From IMG/VR virus record IMGVR_UViG_3300020045_008339: a DNA stretch of 64,000 nt; one strand, 5' to 3'. Positions 9,101 through 17,965 of this stretch are shown in pieces (position 1 is the first letter of the stretch; every line of letters starts with the position of its first letter). The notes below the pieces were generated by a model that made no database searches, was not told where the DNA came from, and saw only the letters and a list, made by a program, of their open reading frames with translations. The DNA is from an uncultured virus (IMG/VR IMGVR_UViG_3300020045_008339) (taxonomy: Duplodnaviria; Heunggongvirae; Uroviricota; Caudoviricetes). The position numbers were made by a program, and so were the translations under genes.

Positions 9101-10753
9101 ATAGAACTCCCAAACCTGAACAGGTATAATATCTAAATAAATGGTTCCAAATCCACCACTCACACCAATAGTCCCATCGACCCCAACATCAAGCAGTTCG
9201 CCTGTTGTTTTGTTGTACGACTTCTGTTTTGACAAGCAAAAGTTTTTTGTTCCTGCAAGGTAACCCGGAAAACCTTCTTGGTTTCCATCAACTGTTTTTG
9301 CAAAGTATTGCTGATAATTAACAACCTTGTCAGCCTGTCCAAATACTACATTGTCACCATCCCTCCTTATACGCTGTATAGCTTCTTGCCAAGGGTTGTA
9401 GATAACGCCGAATATTGTTATTTTTCTAAGAACTGATTTGCAGGAAATATCTTCTGCCGTTGGAGGAATGACACCGTAACTAACTTTGTTTAGTAGGTTG
9501 CAATCAAAAGGTGAAAAACCCCTATTATGCCTAGCAGTACCTATGTTTTTATATATGGAAAAAATGCTACTGGCAGTAGTTGGTATAAGATTTTGTGTCC
9601 TGTTCGTTTCGCTTACTGGTACAGGTGTCCATTGCTTATCACCACAGAAGGTGTACCTATAAGTATTGCTGGAAGCATCGTATTTTAATAGCCCTAAATT
9701 ATCAGATATTTCAGTTGCCTCTTGGTCAGTCTTACCTGCCAGTATTTGCTTATCGTACTCTTTCTTCCAAGGATTAGCCCTTACCCTTTCCCACCAGTTG
9801 ACATTGTCGCATTGTTCGTACAAATCAATTGTATCATAAAGGAACCAGTCAGTATCAATGCTTAGTCCAATAGCCTTGCCATTGCAATTCCTGAACTCAA
9901 TTTGTTTCTTGTCTATCAAAGGGGAACTGCCATCAAAATAGAGCCACAAGCAACGTGATAGGCCAGATGAATTTTCGATGCAACTATTACCTGTAACAGT
10001 GATGTATTCATTTGATATATCGCCATGCTCACTATCTTGTGACCACATGTTTGTATCCTTAACCCTGAACTGCCATCCCTTAAAGTTCAACCTATTGGGT
10101 TTCAATTTTTCTGCTGCATCTGAAAGGTCACGGTTTATGGCCTCAAAACTTACACACTTTATAGGTTTAGGTACACCTAAACTTATCCAGTTTTCATCAG
10201 GAGTACCAAAGTACGAATATGGTAAAGTGAATGTTTGTGTAGCTATGCAATCCTCAACACAAATGAACCTTATAGGATTGTAATTATCAGTTATAAGAAG
10301 ATAAGTAACCTTCTCCTGTTGGCCTGTTATTTTATTGAACCTGCAAGTTACCTGTGCAGTAATTCTACCGGGCGATATAAAATTTTCTGGCTTACGCTGG
10401 AAGTTCCAAAATGGTGACATGGAAACCATTTCACAAGTCCCGTTAGTTCCATTCAGCCTATAAATAAAATGGTCTTTCTTACTATTCCATACACAGATGT
10501 AAGTATGATTTGTTTCCCTTACTGGAAAGCTGCCACAGCAAAGGTTTACGCCTCTTGGCAATGCCAGCCCGTTACAGTAGGGTTCATTGCCTTCAAGTGG
10601 TGTGAAGACGCCAACATTAGCACCAGAACCTGTTCCGCTATTGTTTACGTCATAGGTAATGTTCTTGAGTAGGGGTGAGGTCTGTTCGTCAACGTATAAA
10701 GGGTCAACGTCAGAGTTAATACCCTTATATGGGATTAATTTTTGACCTATCAT
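6185..10753 (-). CDS. Large tail stabilisation/muzzle-like structural protein
   Basis: 1522 aa with KGINSDVDP at the N-terminus and a C-terminal NYGCQ...YFLD...IDPNRKEYL...YSFIPE...YNNFFG pattern typical of crAss-like stabilisation proteins. Confidence 0.7.
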   Translation of the reverse strand: MIGQKLIPYKGINSDVDPLYVDEQTSPLLKNITYDVNNSGTGSGANVGVFTPLEGNEPYCNGLALPRGVNLCCGSFPVRETNHTYICVWNSKKDHFIYRLNGTNGTCEMVSMSPFWNFQRKPENFISPGRITAQVTCRFNKITGQQEKVTYLLITDNYNPIRFICVEDCIATQTFTLPYSYFGTPDENWISLGVPKPIKCVSFEAINRDLSDAAEKLKPNRLNFKGWQFRVKDTNMWSQDSEHGDISNEYITVTGNSCIENSSGLSRCLWLYFDGSSPLIDKKQIEFRNCNGKAIGLSIDTDWFLYDTIDLYEQCDNVNWWERVRANPWKKEYDKQILAGKTDQEATEISDNLGLLKYDASSNTYRYTFCGDKQWTPVPVSETNRTQNLIPTTASSIFSIYKNIGTARHNRGFSPFDCNLLNKVSYGVIPPTAEDISCKSVLRKITIFGVIYNPWQEAIQRIRRDGDNVVFGQADKVVNYQQYFAKTVDGNQEGFPGYLAGTKNFCLSKQKSYNKTTGELLDVGVDGTIGVSGGFGTIYLDIIPVQVWEFYVIPGTYVFRIGSHRALLTSDYQKTSTNTAGRTVLTNVGSIFSDSKEVVIDCSAGDVEIKDNPFMIYDLCYNAGTLRGGWTSVVTGYMYEDQVEKRPIEKAFAERNTGNGAESITTDHNGFYFISTLKEGLRARLFGRKAGAYAQLALGSLTSDSSGGASHFVEDKLYAYTGTDNYNNNDRILVKGRISLCGNANVGIAGALVILTNGATATADNNGNFTIIAHDKYDGTGRTEKVIYGQRGICQLIDCNTTVCTYSFLQPNAVLPVYTGAERIVTIAELTVRIKGLNKRGPQMGGRYSMGIWGHDWLGRHGFIQRTDKDVVNIPTLQETQVFDYSLITWALANDIVFPKWVKRISFGITDNLNQEDFLTWVAERVQFVDNTGQENKEAPTQIRLYYESLGEFNKQNAFSTTTSWQFILQDEAPVIGDQIEFLANGDGKLFSSRTTTLVQYDKFGKYISVEYSDDLKGLLDGALIKLIRPRQSETKQFYYELCPSIAINKNGRPDVYSGTFNFFDSYLMNRQIPVPIAKKKSKDQYGTEITTDENVNELKTYPFLFEHHSPSDKWGDHCHTRGRVNVTNPFENQQCLPTQIAISKALANDGLINGLHYFVEEDMKEFDENEFGGIVVVLPELNYLMCLCEQDNFVVGYQDDQVRVGQGGRIVAPSADNKFGRPERKIGSNYGCQLKDINTIQKYDGLVYFLDRTKSALLMHNFSEAKDVSENGFTAWLSLKIRTVINDPSRYFVSIIDPNRKEYLLTTHNIKDAYKLTDFVNDHPYEDANRNETVAVDIYTGIMRAHYSFIPEYYAIIEGDRADQQLIGIMQGKAYKHYNTSRPYNNFFGIQCKPRIWAVANRENTKVKKFQCAEVYCPQVQFIAYDVVTEAKQKSRILTKWWEKRETFWAGAFLCDINTFYNPNIPKETSVNKITDGDLLYGRWLKVGLTTIKEDDGKYFEYTAAIIFMLASEKSSDVSQP

Positions 10754-11325
10754 AATGGTGGGCTTGTTGTTGGAGGGCAGATGAACCCATCAAAACCACC
10801 TTGAGGCACATTGATGTTATCAACCTTCCCACTTATTTTTTCAATTTTTGTTTCTGTATAAGTCCCTTCAAAATTAATAACAGAAACAAGTTCTATACTT
10901 GAACCTGCATCTATTTCTATCTTGCCCACCTTGCTGTTAGTTGTTACCAACAGATACCTCAATTTAGTGTTACCCGTTATTTTTATTAAAGAAATATCTG
11001 ATTCGTTATGTATGATAAGTTCATCATGATTTGTATCATTTATTGTAATCAATGAAAGGGTTGAATGGCTTACAATAAAAGGGTTTGTGATTGGGTCGGT
11101 CTTATCAAAATAAGCACCATTGGTTACCCTATCAGCATCATCTTCCACACAATTAAAAATGCTGGTGATGTAATCACTTATTTGATAAAATAAATTTTGG
11201 AAGTTACGGGCAAGCTGGAACAAAGAGGCGTAATCTGTTGTTGCCTGTACATAGGAAACCTGGTCGCAGCTAGTAGCTTTGATGATAGCCAATATTTCGG
11301 CTTTGTCTGTTGCAAAATCACCCAT
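10750..11325 (-). CDS. Hypothetical beta-rich protein (start reassigned to MGDFAT)
   Basis: A TACATTTG box at 11330-11337(-) lies just upstream of ATG 11325; the longer 5' extension crosses a terminator. Confidence 0.55.
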   Translation of the reverse strand: MGDFATDKAEILAIIKATSCDQVSYVQATTDYASLFQLARNFQNLFYQISDYITSIFNCVEDDADRVTNGAYFDKTDPITNPFIVSHSTLSLITINDTNHDELIIHNESDISLIKITGNTKLRYLLVTTNSKVGKIEIDAGSSIELVSVINFEGTYTETKIEKISGKVDNINVPQGGFDGFICPPTTSPPL

Positions 11326-11437
11326 GGAACAAATGTAAAGAAAAAAAGAAAGCCCCATGTAAAAACACAGGGCGGCGAAAGCTAACTGATACGTCACGAC
11401 CCATTCAGGCCAAACGATTGAGGCTTCAAATATATGG

Positions 11438-11644
11438 CTAATTATTCTTGTCCAATAGATTTTTGATTTTACAGGAAAGGCTATCGGGCAAGTGTGGCAA
11501 CATTTCTTTGAGTAATTCCTTATTAACGCTAACTTTCAAAGCACGTTGCTGCCGCATGTACTCTGCTTGACATGAATTGCAGTACGTTTGCTTCTGTTTT
11601 TCTTTTGGAAGCCAGCAACGGGAGCAGTTTTCACTTTTAGCCAT
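11438..11644 (-). CDS. Small Zn-finger protein
   Basis: CSRC...CNSC. Confidence 0.55.
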   Translation of the reverse strand: MAKSENCSRCWLPKEKQKQTYCNSCQAEYMRQQRALKVSVNKELLKEMLPHLPDSLSCKIKNLLDKNN

Positions 11645-12485
11645 GCTGCCATGTAATTGCCTTTACAGCCTCCATTTGTGCAATTTCTGCATAAGTGATA
11701 GATGTTGAAAAATAGCGTTTCATATCACCACTTTGAGCATTGCTCCTTGCATAATCAATTTCATCAATGACTGTAGCAAATTTACGTTTGATACTTTCAA
11801 CCGCTTTATGTCCACCAGGATTAAAACCAATGCCAGCAGCTTTTTCTCCAAAGGTTAAAACCCTTGTCAAGTCACCACCTTCCCAGCTAATAGGAAGAGC
11901 AAGAACACCAACTCTTAAAGAGGCGTAGTAAGCGATTTCTTCCGCCACACCTTCTTTTGTGTCACCAATAGCGTAACAGGTAGCCCCAAGATTTCTGGCA
12001 GCATCAGCCATCAACTTTCTGTTAGTACCCATACCTTCGGTAAAGAAGTTGATTTGATTTGGGAAAAGAGCATCAAATTTGTCCACAACAGATGTGTCAA
12101 ATCCTTTCTTTTCAACCAATTGCCTTGGCATGTGACCACTGATTAAACAAACATCTTCTTTAGGGCCAAATGTTGCCGCCAACTTGTCAACAACATTCAA
12201 AATTTGGTTCACATCTTGCCCTTTAAGGGTGAACGCTAGGATTACATATCTCATACCTATATTAATCGGTTGACCTGCACCGAAATGATTATATCTGTAA
12301 TATTTTTTATTTAGGTTGTGAGAAGCCAAACTAGCTTCTTCAAACTTTGTTAAACCAAAAACAACTTTATTTTTATTTTGAGTATCAACAACCCACCACC
12401 TAGAACCATTGGCATTGTGTTCTCTTTTGTATCTCCTTTCTTCAAAGGGAGGCATTTCAACATGTTCTACTATAATTTCAACCAT
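11637..12485 (-). CDS. Multidomain protein with a Rossmannoid (SLOG-like) middle domain and a C-terminal Acb2/Tad1-like hairpin domain
   Basis: C-terminal LTFGEKAAGIGFNP...SITYAEIAQMEAVKAITW; middle NRKLMADAA...YAIGDTKEGVAEEI. Confidence 0.55.
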   Translation of the reverse strand: MVEIIVEHVEMPPFEERRYKREHNANGSRWWVVDTQNKNKVVFGLTKFEEASLASHNLNKKYYRYNHFGAGQPINIGMRYVILAFTLKGQDVNQILNVVDKLAATFGPKEDVCLISGHMPRQLVEKKGFDTSVVDKFDALFPNQINFFTEGMGTNRKLMADAARNLGATCYAIGDTKEGVAEEIAYYASLRVGVLALPISWEGGDLTRVLTFGEKAAGIGFNPGGHKAVESIKRKFATVIDEIDYARSNAQSGDMKRYFSTSITYAEIAQMEAVKAITWQHG

Positions 12486-12513
12486 AATATTAACGTTAAT
12501 GTTTTTCGTGAAA

Positions 12514-12843
12514 CTATCTAACCCTTAATCTTCTCCTTGCTATTTTAGCCTCATGTATCGGAAATTCATCAATGAATTTTCTAGCGTATCTGGAAGAATA
12601 AGCATCATTTATTTTGAACATTAGTTTTTCACCTTCAATTTCTATTTCGATAGCATCGTCTGTTTTAATAAATATTTCCCAGCGAAGCCAATTGATGATG
12701 TATTTAGGAGAAATTCTGTCCTTTCCCTTGGCAATAGCCTTTAGAACCTGCTCTTTAAACAGTTGGTACACCTTTGGATTGTTTTTATCAAAATCCTCAA
12801 AGGCTTCTTGAATGGTTTTACCCGTTGCTGATTTGAAGTCCAT
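12514..12843 (-). CDS. Phage hypothetical protein (start reassigned to MDFKSATG)
   Basis: FEDFDKNNPKVY...LRWE...KINDAYSSRYAR, a pattern I recognise from phage proteins. Confidence 0.6.
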   Translation of the reverse strand: MDFKSATGKTIQEAFEDFDKNNPKVYQLFKEQVLKAIAKGKDRISPKYIINWLRWEIFIKTDDAIEIEIEGEKLMFKINDAYSSRYARKFIDEFPIHEAKIARRRLRVR

Positions 12844-13804
12844 GTTTGAAAAATGTTGGAAATTGACGTGAATCCAACAAGTCCTGTGGAACTGGCTGCA
12901 CCTTGTCAATTTGTTTGAAAAAATATGGTGTATTCGACATAAAACATTCTTCTTTTGTTTTATAAGCCCAATCCAAACTAAATGGCCTTCTCTTTGCACC
13001 AGATTCGCCTCCCTGTATCACCCAATCAATAATATTTTCTGTTTCTTCAATACGACCATTTTCACACTTTGGACAATAAGAATCAGAATAATCTCCAGTA
13101 TCCGCTATAGGTCCACCTCCTTCTAAAAATTCGCTAGAACCTATCCACCCACAACTTAAACACTCACACATGTAGTAATGGCTTGCTATAAAACTTTCTC
13201 CATTTGTCTTGGTAGCTTTTCTACCTTCTGGCAACCACCTTCTCAATTCAATTTCTGAAATCTGTGGTTCAAGGCTTAAAAAGTGCTTCCCATTAACCTT
13301 TAACAATTGTTGTACAAGGTTCTCATTGTCTTGTTTAGACAAGGATGTGCCATACATGACATTAGAAGGTGGGTTTTCTATCCAGCTTTCTGGAATCATC
13401 CTAGGTATATTAGATGGCCTTTTAGTAAGCAATAGCAGTATTAAATTTGGATATTCCTTATTGTCTATTTTACCAAAAAATTTCTGTCTTAGTTCACCTG
13501 TCAATATGGGCTGATACTTTCCACTTCCATCAACAACGGGCATAGACCTTTCAAAAATATCCATCATTGAACCAACAAATACTGTTTTCAGTTCATTTAC
13601 TTCCGCAGCTTTCTTTTGAAATAAATCCATGTTGATAAAAAATGACTTTATCTCCATCCTTGGCTTATCTGAACCCCATAAGTCCTTTCCCCAGCGATGG
13701 GACTGTACACCTGCATAGCAATGGTCACAACCAGCATGTACTTCTGTACAGCCATGCCAAATATTCCCTGTGTGGTCGCACCATTCTATTTTTGTATTCT
13801 CCAT
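12818..13804 (-). CDS. DUF5131 / gp37-gp68 family protein with a Zn-ribbon insertion
   Basis: TKIEWCDHT, GCTEVHAGCDHCYA, LLTKRP, SLEP, IDWVIQGGESG, FFKQ; inserted CLSC...CPKC. Confidence 0.9.
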   Translation of the reverse strand: MENTKIEWCDHTGNIWHGCTEVHAGCDHCYAGVQSHRWGKDLWGSDKPRMEIKSFFINMDLFQKKAAEVNELKTVFVGSMMDIFERSMPVVDGSGKYQPILTGELRQKFFGKIDNKEYPNLILLLLTKRPSNIPRMIPESWIENPPSNVMYGTSLSKQDNENLVQQLLKVNGKHFLSLEPQISEIELRRWLPEGRKATKTNGESFIASHYYMCECLSCGWIGSSEFLEGGGPIADTGDYSDSYCPKCENGRIEETENIIDWVIQGGESGAKRRPFSLDWAYKTKEECFMSNTPYFFKQIDKVQPVPQDLLDSRQFPTFFKHGLQISNG

Positions 13805-13824
13805 AATGCTATTATTAGCGTAGA

Positions 13825-14637
13825 TTAAACATCGAAACTTGCTTTTTCCCCTACAGTTGTCAGGTAGTTGCCAACTACAAGGATTCCCTTGTCATAAATG
13901 GCTACACCATCCTTGTTACCTATAATGTATCGGTGCTGCTTGAGCCAGTGAACCCTACGGAAGAAGCTAGAATACTTCCATGCTCCATCCGTGCACTCGT
14001 TGAAAATGTATTTTGGGTCTAAAAAAACATTCCTGTTTTTTCGGTTAATCAGGTACAGCAGTATCATTAAATCCATTTCCCCACCAAGTCCCAGCGTAGC
14101 CCACATAGCCCTGTTTTTTGCAGCTTGAAATGCTATATTACCAAGCAAGCTGAACCCTTTGTTTATCTCGGACATATCTTCCTCTGCTCTCCATTTGCCA
14201 AGGTTACGTTTGGCCATTTCCCATAGCTGGTAGATTTTCTGGAAGAACCTGTTATAGAAATAAAACTCACTCTGGCTGTTCTGGTGAAGCATAAAGCTAT
14301 CAAGTAGCATGGCAGAAGATGAAAGAACGAACAGCTTACTCTTGAGCATTTCATCAATTATCTCACTCCTTTTGCCATCCATATCCTTCACCAACTTCAA
14401 CTTATCTTTAGCCCCAATTTCTATAGTTATGGGACACCCTGTTTTTGCAAGTAACATCAACCTCTCTTCTAAAGGACTTTCGTTACAAAAACGTCGTAGA
14501 TTCTTGTTCTGTACTACTTTTTGTTGTTCCGAAAGGGTTAAAAACTTCTTGTCTTCTACCGTTAATTGCATAAACCACCAGTGACAAAAAGAGTTGAATT
14601 GAATATCATTAAACCTATACTTTCTTAGTCTGGCCAT
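13825..14637 (-). CDS. Hypothetical protein, possible C-terminal winged helix
   Basis: Long ORF in the operon with a MarR-like tail. Confidence 0.5.
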   Translation of the reverse strand: MARLRKYRFNDIQFNSFCHWWFMQLTVEDKKFLTLSEQQKVVQNKNLRRFCNESPLEERLMLLAKTGCPITIEIGAKDKLKLVKDMDGKRSEIIDEMLKSKLFVLSSSAMLLDSFMLHQNSQSEFYFYNRFFQKIYQLWEMAKRNLGKWRAEEDMSEINKGFSLLGNIAFQAAKNRAMWATLGLGGEMDLMILLYLINRKNRNVFLDPKYIFNECTDGAWKYSSFFRRVHWLKQHRYIIGNKDGVAIYDKGILVVGNYLTTVGEKASFDV

Positions 14638-14896
14638 ATTCTATTTCCTCAAACTTTTTCTGAATGATTTTAGTTGCTACGCTTATACCAAATGGGCTTG
14701 GGTATATTTCACAATTTCGTTCCCAAACACCTTTTCTTAATAAAAGCCATTGACTTATTGGAAGGATAACCTCTATATCTGTAGAGAAATAAACACTAGG
14801 TAATTCATCCACAAGTTCAGCAAATGCTTTAGGAAACCTTTTCGCTAGGTCTATACAAAGGCTGCTTGCTGGTTGTATTTGCTTTTTTAAATCCAT
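14615..14896 (-). CDS. Hypothetical protein (start reassigned to MDLKKQ)
   Basis: Overlapping-operon arrangement. Confidence 0.45.
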   Translation of the reverse strand: MDLKKQIQPASSLCIDLAKRFPKAFAELVDELPSVYFSTDIEVILPISQWLLLRKGVWERNCEIYPSPFGISVATKIIQKKFEEIEYGQTKKV

Positions 14897-15245
14897 TTTC
14901 TTCTGCCCATTTAGAGTGCGTTTCAATATAAAGATTACAAGGATTACATGCAGCCATCCATTTTGATTCATCCAGTAACAACTCAATGGTTGCCTTCCCT
15001 TCTGGGTGATGAACCCCTTGTGTTTCCCCTATACAGTCTGGCGAATGAATTGAACATTCAGGATTTGCCAACCTAAAGGCTGTTGCTCGTGGGTTGTATT
15101 CCTCACGGTTAACCTTGGTACGCTTTGTTGAGTACCGTGGCATGTGCTTCCTTTTTTTGTCCGTCCTAAAACGTTGATGGATGCCACAATAGCCGCCGCC
15201 AAATTGGTTATATGTGCATCCATCAAAATTGCACTCCTTTGCCAT
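14829..15245 (-). CDS. HNH/NinG-like Cys-His nuclease
   Basis: C...C, VHHPEG, ACNPCN motifs. Confidence 0.55.
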   Translation of the reverse strand: MAKECNFDGCTYNQFGGGYCGIHQRFRTDKKRKHMPRYSTKRTKVNREEYNPRATAFRLANPECSIHSPDCIGETQGVHHPEGKATIELLLDESKWMAACNPCNLYIETHSKWAEENGFKKANTTSKQPLYRPSEKVS

Positions 15246-15697
15246 TAGAAGGGAAGGTCGTCAACTGGTTCTGTAATTTCACTAACATTCTGCTGCTGTG
15301 GCGGTTGCTCGTTGTTAGGAGTATAATTTCTTGCGGTAGCTTCGTTCACAGCCGAATACTGTCCACCAGAAGTTCCAGCTTCTTTACCACCAAGCAATTG
15401 AATATTGGCAACTCTCATAATCATTGTTGAACCTGTCTTGCCATCTTGAGTGGTGTACGTTCTAATATCTGCTGAACCTTCTACATAAACCTGCCCACCT
15501 TTCTTAATGTACGGTGCAACTGCTGTACGGTCTGTCCAGTAAGCACAGTCAACCCAAATAGTTTTGTCTTTCTGGTTTCCTTGTGCATCCTTGAACTTTT
15601 CAGAATGGGCCACACTGAAATTGATAACTGTCTTCCCATTAACATTGTTGACTACGGCATCTTTTCCAATATGCCCAATTACTTGCATCTTTATCAT
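15245..15697 (-). CDS. ssb: Single-stranded DNA-binding protein
   Basis: IGHIGKDA, NFSVA, YIKKGGQVYVEG and C-terminal DDLPF. Confidence 0.95.
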   Translation of the reverse strand: MIKMQVIGHIGKDAVVNNVNGKTVINFSVAHSEKFKDAQGNQKDKTIWVDCAYWTDRTAVAPYIKKGGQVYVEGSADIRTYTTQDGKTGSTMIMRVANIQLLGGKEAGTSGGQYSAVNEATARNYTPNNEQPPQQQNVSEITEPVDDLPF

Positions 15698-15699
15698 TG

Positions 15700-16986
15700 T
15701 TACAATTGTTTTATTCTTTCAAGAACATCTGCTGATGTGTGTTTATCAAATTCTGGGGCCTTTTCCAATGTATCGGCAAAATCGCAATCGTCCCACTTCT
15801 CAATTGGAAGATGGTAAGTTATCTGTTGACCAGGTTGTTCACCAATACCAAGCAGGAACCAGCCCTCCCATTGTTCACCATCATGATGAACTTTGCTCCT
15901 CCAAACACCTGATTGATATTTGCATAATGCTATGTATAGTTCAACCCTGTGGCCGTACAGTTCGCCAAACGTATGGTATCCATCAGAAATATGGTTTGAG
16001 TTTACACCCCTTATAAGTTCGTTAATAGCTTCGATACTTACTGAAACACCCTTGTTTTTTGAAGCGGAGAAGAAAACAACAAGCAACTCAATTTGCTTCA
16101 TTGCCCAATTGAAGCTGTAGTTGAAATCGCTTTGGGCTTGGTCGTTGAGGCCAGAAGAAAGACCCTCCATTTTAAGCAAAGCCTTTTTCAGGTCGGCTAC
16201 CCACTGCTCCTGTTCTGTAAGTTCCTTTTCAAGTTCAACAGGTGGGGCAGCATCTTCTTTTTTGTCACCACCTAAACCAAGTTCCTGTGGAATAAAGCTA
16301 TTGCCTTTAGTGGCGTTTTTGGAAGTTGGTAAAATGCCAGACATTTCATCAGAAGCCTTTGTTTTGGAAGCAAGATGCCTAACAGCTTTGGTAACACCCA
16401 TATCGCCAGATTCAATGCTGTTTTTAGTTTCTTGGTCAGCCTTTGCTATCCTTATCTGATTGTCAACCCACTGCCTAGACTTGCCCATTTTTGTACCAAT
16501 TTCTTCATTGGTCAAAGAGAACTGCGTCTTTAGCCTAAGTACACCGTTTGCCATTTCAACGGGGTTGTACTTCACCTTTTTTTCAGTAGCTAAGTTGGAA
16601 ACAAGTTTGTCAACCTCTGTTGTTTTAACGGGGTACGGCATTACTTCCACATACTCAAACTCAATACCCCTTTCAATCAAAATTCCTATAGCCCTGAACC
16701 TTCGCTCACCATCACGGATAAGGAAAGCAGAGCCATCTTTTAAAAGGTCGCCACGAATAGGGTCGTTCTGGCCATTGGCAAAAATATCATCAGCCAGTTC
16801 ATTAAGTTCAACTTCATCAAACGTAGTCCTTGGATTCCATCCATCAATGGTTTTCATTATGGAGTAAGGAATTTTATACGTTGACCTTGCCGTAAGCGAA
16901 TGGGCTCTCCAATCATTTCTAGCTGCTAATTCGCCAATGGTGTAAGGCAATGGCAGTTCTGGTTGTACAAGATTTTCTTTTGACAT
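15700..16986 (-). CDS. ParB/Srx-like protein with HTH and an extra C-terminal domain
   Basis: NPRTTF...LADDI...DGERRFRA; HTH EEIGTKMGKSRQWV; tail SDGYHTFGELY...QITYHLP. Confidence 0.8.
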   Translation of the reverse strand: MSKENLVQPELPLPYTIGELAARNDWRAHSLTARSTYKIPYSIMKTIDGWNPRTTFDEVELNELADDIFANGQNDPIRGDLLKDGSAFLIRDGERRFRAIGILIERGIEFEYVEVMPYPVKTTEVDKLVSNLATEKKVKYNPVEMANGVLRLKTQFSLTNEEIGTKMGKSRQWVDNQIRIAKADQETKNSIESGDMGVTKAVRHLASKTKASDEMSGILPTSKNATKGNSFIPQELGLGGDKKEDAAPPVELEKELTEQEQWVADLKKALLKMEGLSSGLNDQAQSDFNYSFNWAMKQIELLVVFFSASKNKGVSVSIEAINELIRGVNSNHISDGYHTFGELYGHRVELYIALCKYQSGVWRSKVHHDGEQWEGWFLLGIGEQPGQQITYHLPIEKWDDCDFADTLEKAPEFDKHTSADVLERIKQL

Positions 16987-17244
16987 TTATTTCAGGTTTA
17001 ATTTTTTACCGCAAAATGGACAGTATGTAGGAACGATTTGTGTTTCATAAGCAACCTTTTTCTTTGTTCCTTTTTCCTTGCAGATTATTTTGAATGGGAA
17101 CACTATAAATTCTTGGCTGTTTATTTTTTTTACCATTTCAAACCCACTATAGACAACAGATATTTTACTGATTGTTTCTATATCAAGTTTTTTGTAAGCA
17201 GCAGCTATCACTTGCTCTTTCTTTTTTTCCAAACAGTCGCACAT
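16987..17244 (-). CDS. Small Zn-ribbon protein
   Basis: MCDC...YCPFCG. Confidence 0.65.
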   Translation of the reverse strand: MCDCLEKKKEQVIAAAYKKLDIETISKISVVYSGFEMVKKINSQEFIVFPFKIICKEKGTKKKVAYETQIVPTYCPFCGKKLNLK

Positions 17245-17247
17245 GGC

Positions 17248-17655
17248 TTACAATTTTAAATATTTGGATGCTAATTTTTGTGCATTTATTATAGTTGCTT
17301 CTGCAAACAGCATAGCCTTTGCAACTACGTCCCCATCTGTCATATTCCTTCCCTGTGCAAAATTTACAGCATTGGTCATTGCATTTTGGGATATAATAAG
17401 TATGTCCCTTTTATCTAGGAACGTTTGAACCATTGGTGTTGTCAAGGATTCATTATACCTTATCCAGTCTAGCTTTCCTTCCTTGCCGGGATGTGTTACT
17501 GTGTAGTCGCACGTTTTCCCAACCTTAAATTCGCTACCTCCATTAACAGATTTTTCCATTGCAAAATAATTGCCTTCAAAATCTATTCTGTTCAAATTGT
17601 ACTGTGCCCGTTGGTCAGCATTCAGTGTTATGTTTTTTACATTACCTGTTGGCAT
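17248..17655 (-). CDS. Hypothetical protein
   Basis: Operon position and protein-like composition. Confidence 0.55.
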   Translation of the reverse strand: MPTGNVKNITLNADQRAQYNLNRIDFEGNYFAMEKSVNGGSEFKVGKTCDYTVTHPGKEGKLDWIRYNESLTTPMVQTFLDKRDILIISQNAMTNAVNFAQGRNMTDGDVVAKAMLFAEATIINAQKLASKYLKL

Positions 17656-17857
17656 ATCATATCAGTTTTAGCTTTAAAAAAGTGGGGGGCTTTTTAGCAG
17701 AAGCTATACAATTACCCCCCAAGTTGGAAACTCTGTAACGCCGCCATACAATAAGCCTTCGTTTTACCTTGTGTGTGGCCTATTTACGCTTAGGGATTTT
17801 CCCTTCCCTTGTATGTGCTGCTTATCGCAGGGGAACACATACACGTTGGTTTTGTTG

Positions 17858-17965
17858 TGGCCTTAACAGGGGTTGAACCTGTATCCTATGTTTGCTTCAT
17901 GACTGAGCGTGTCACAGTCCTTTGCTTTTACACAAACATCCGCACTACCATTGTGCTACCAAGCC
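17858..17965 (-). ncRNA. tRNA-like RNA with an enlarged anticodon arm
   Basis: Acceptor GGCTTGG/TAAGGCC-A, D-arm GCAC-AATGGTA-GTGC, T-arm ACAGG-TTCAACC-CCTGT, and ATGTTTG/CAAACAT closing a ~38-nt loop. Confidence 0.65.
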
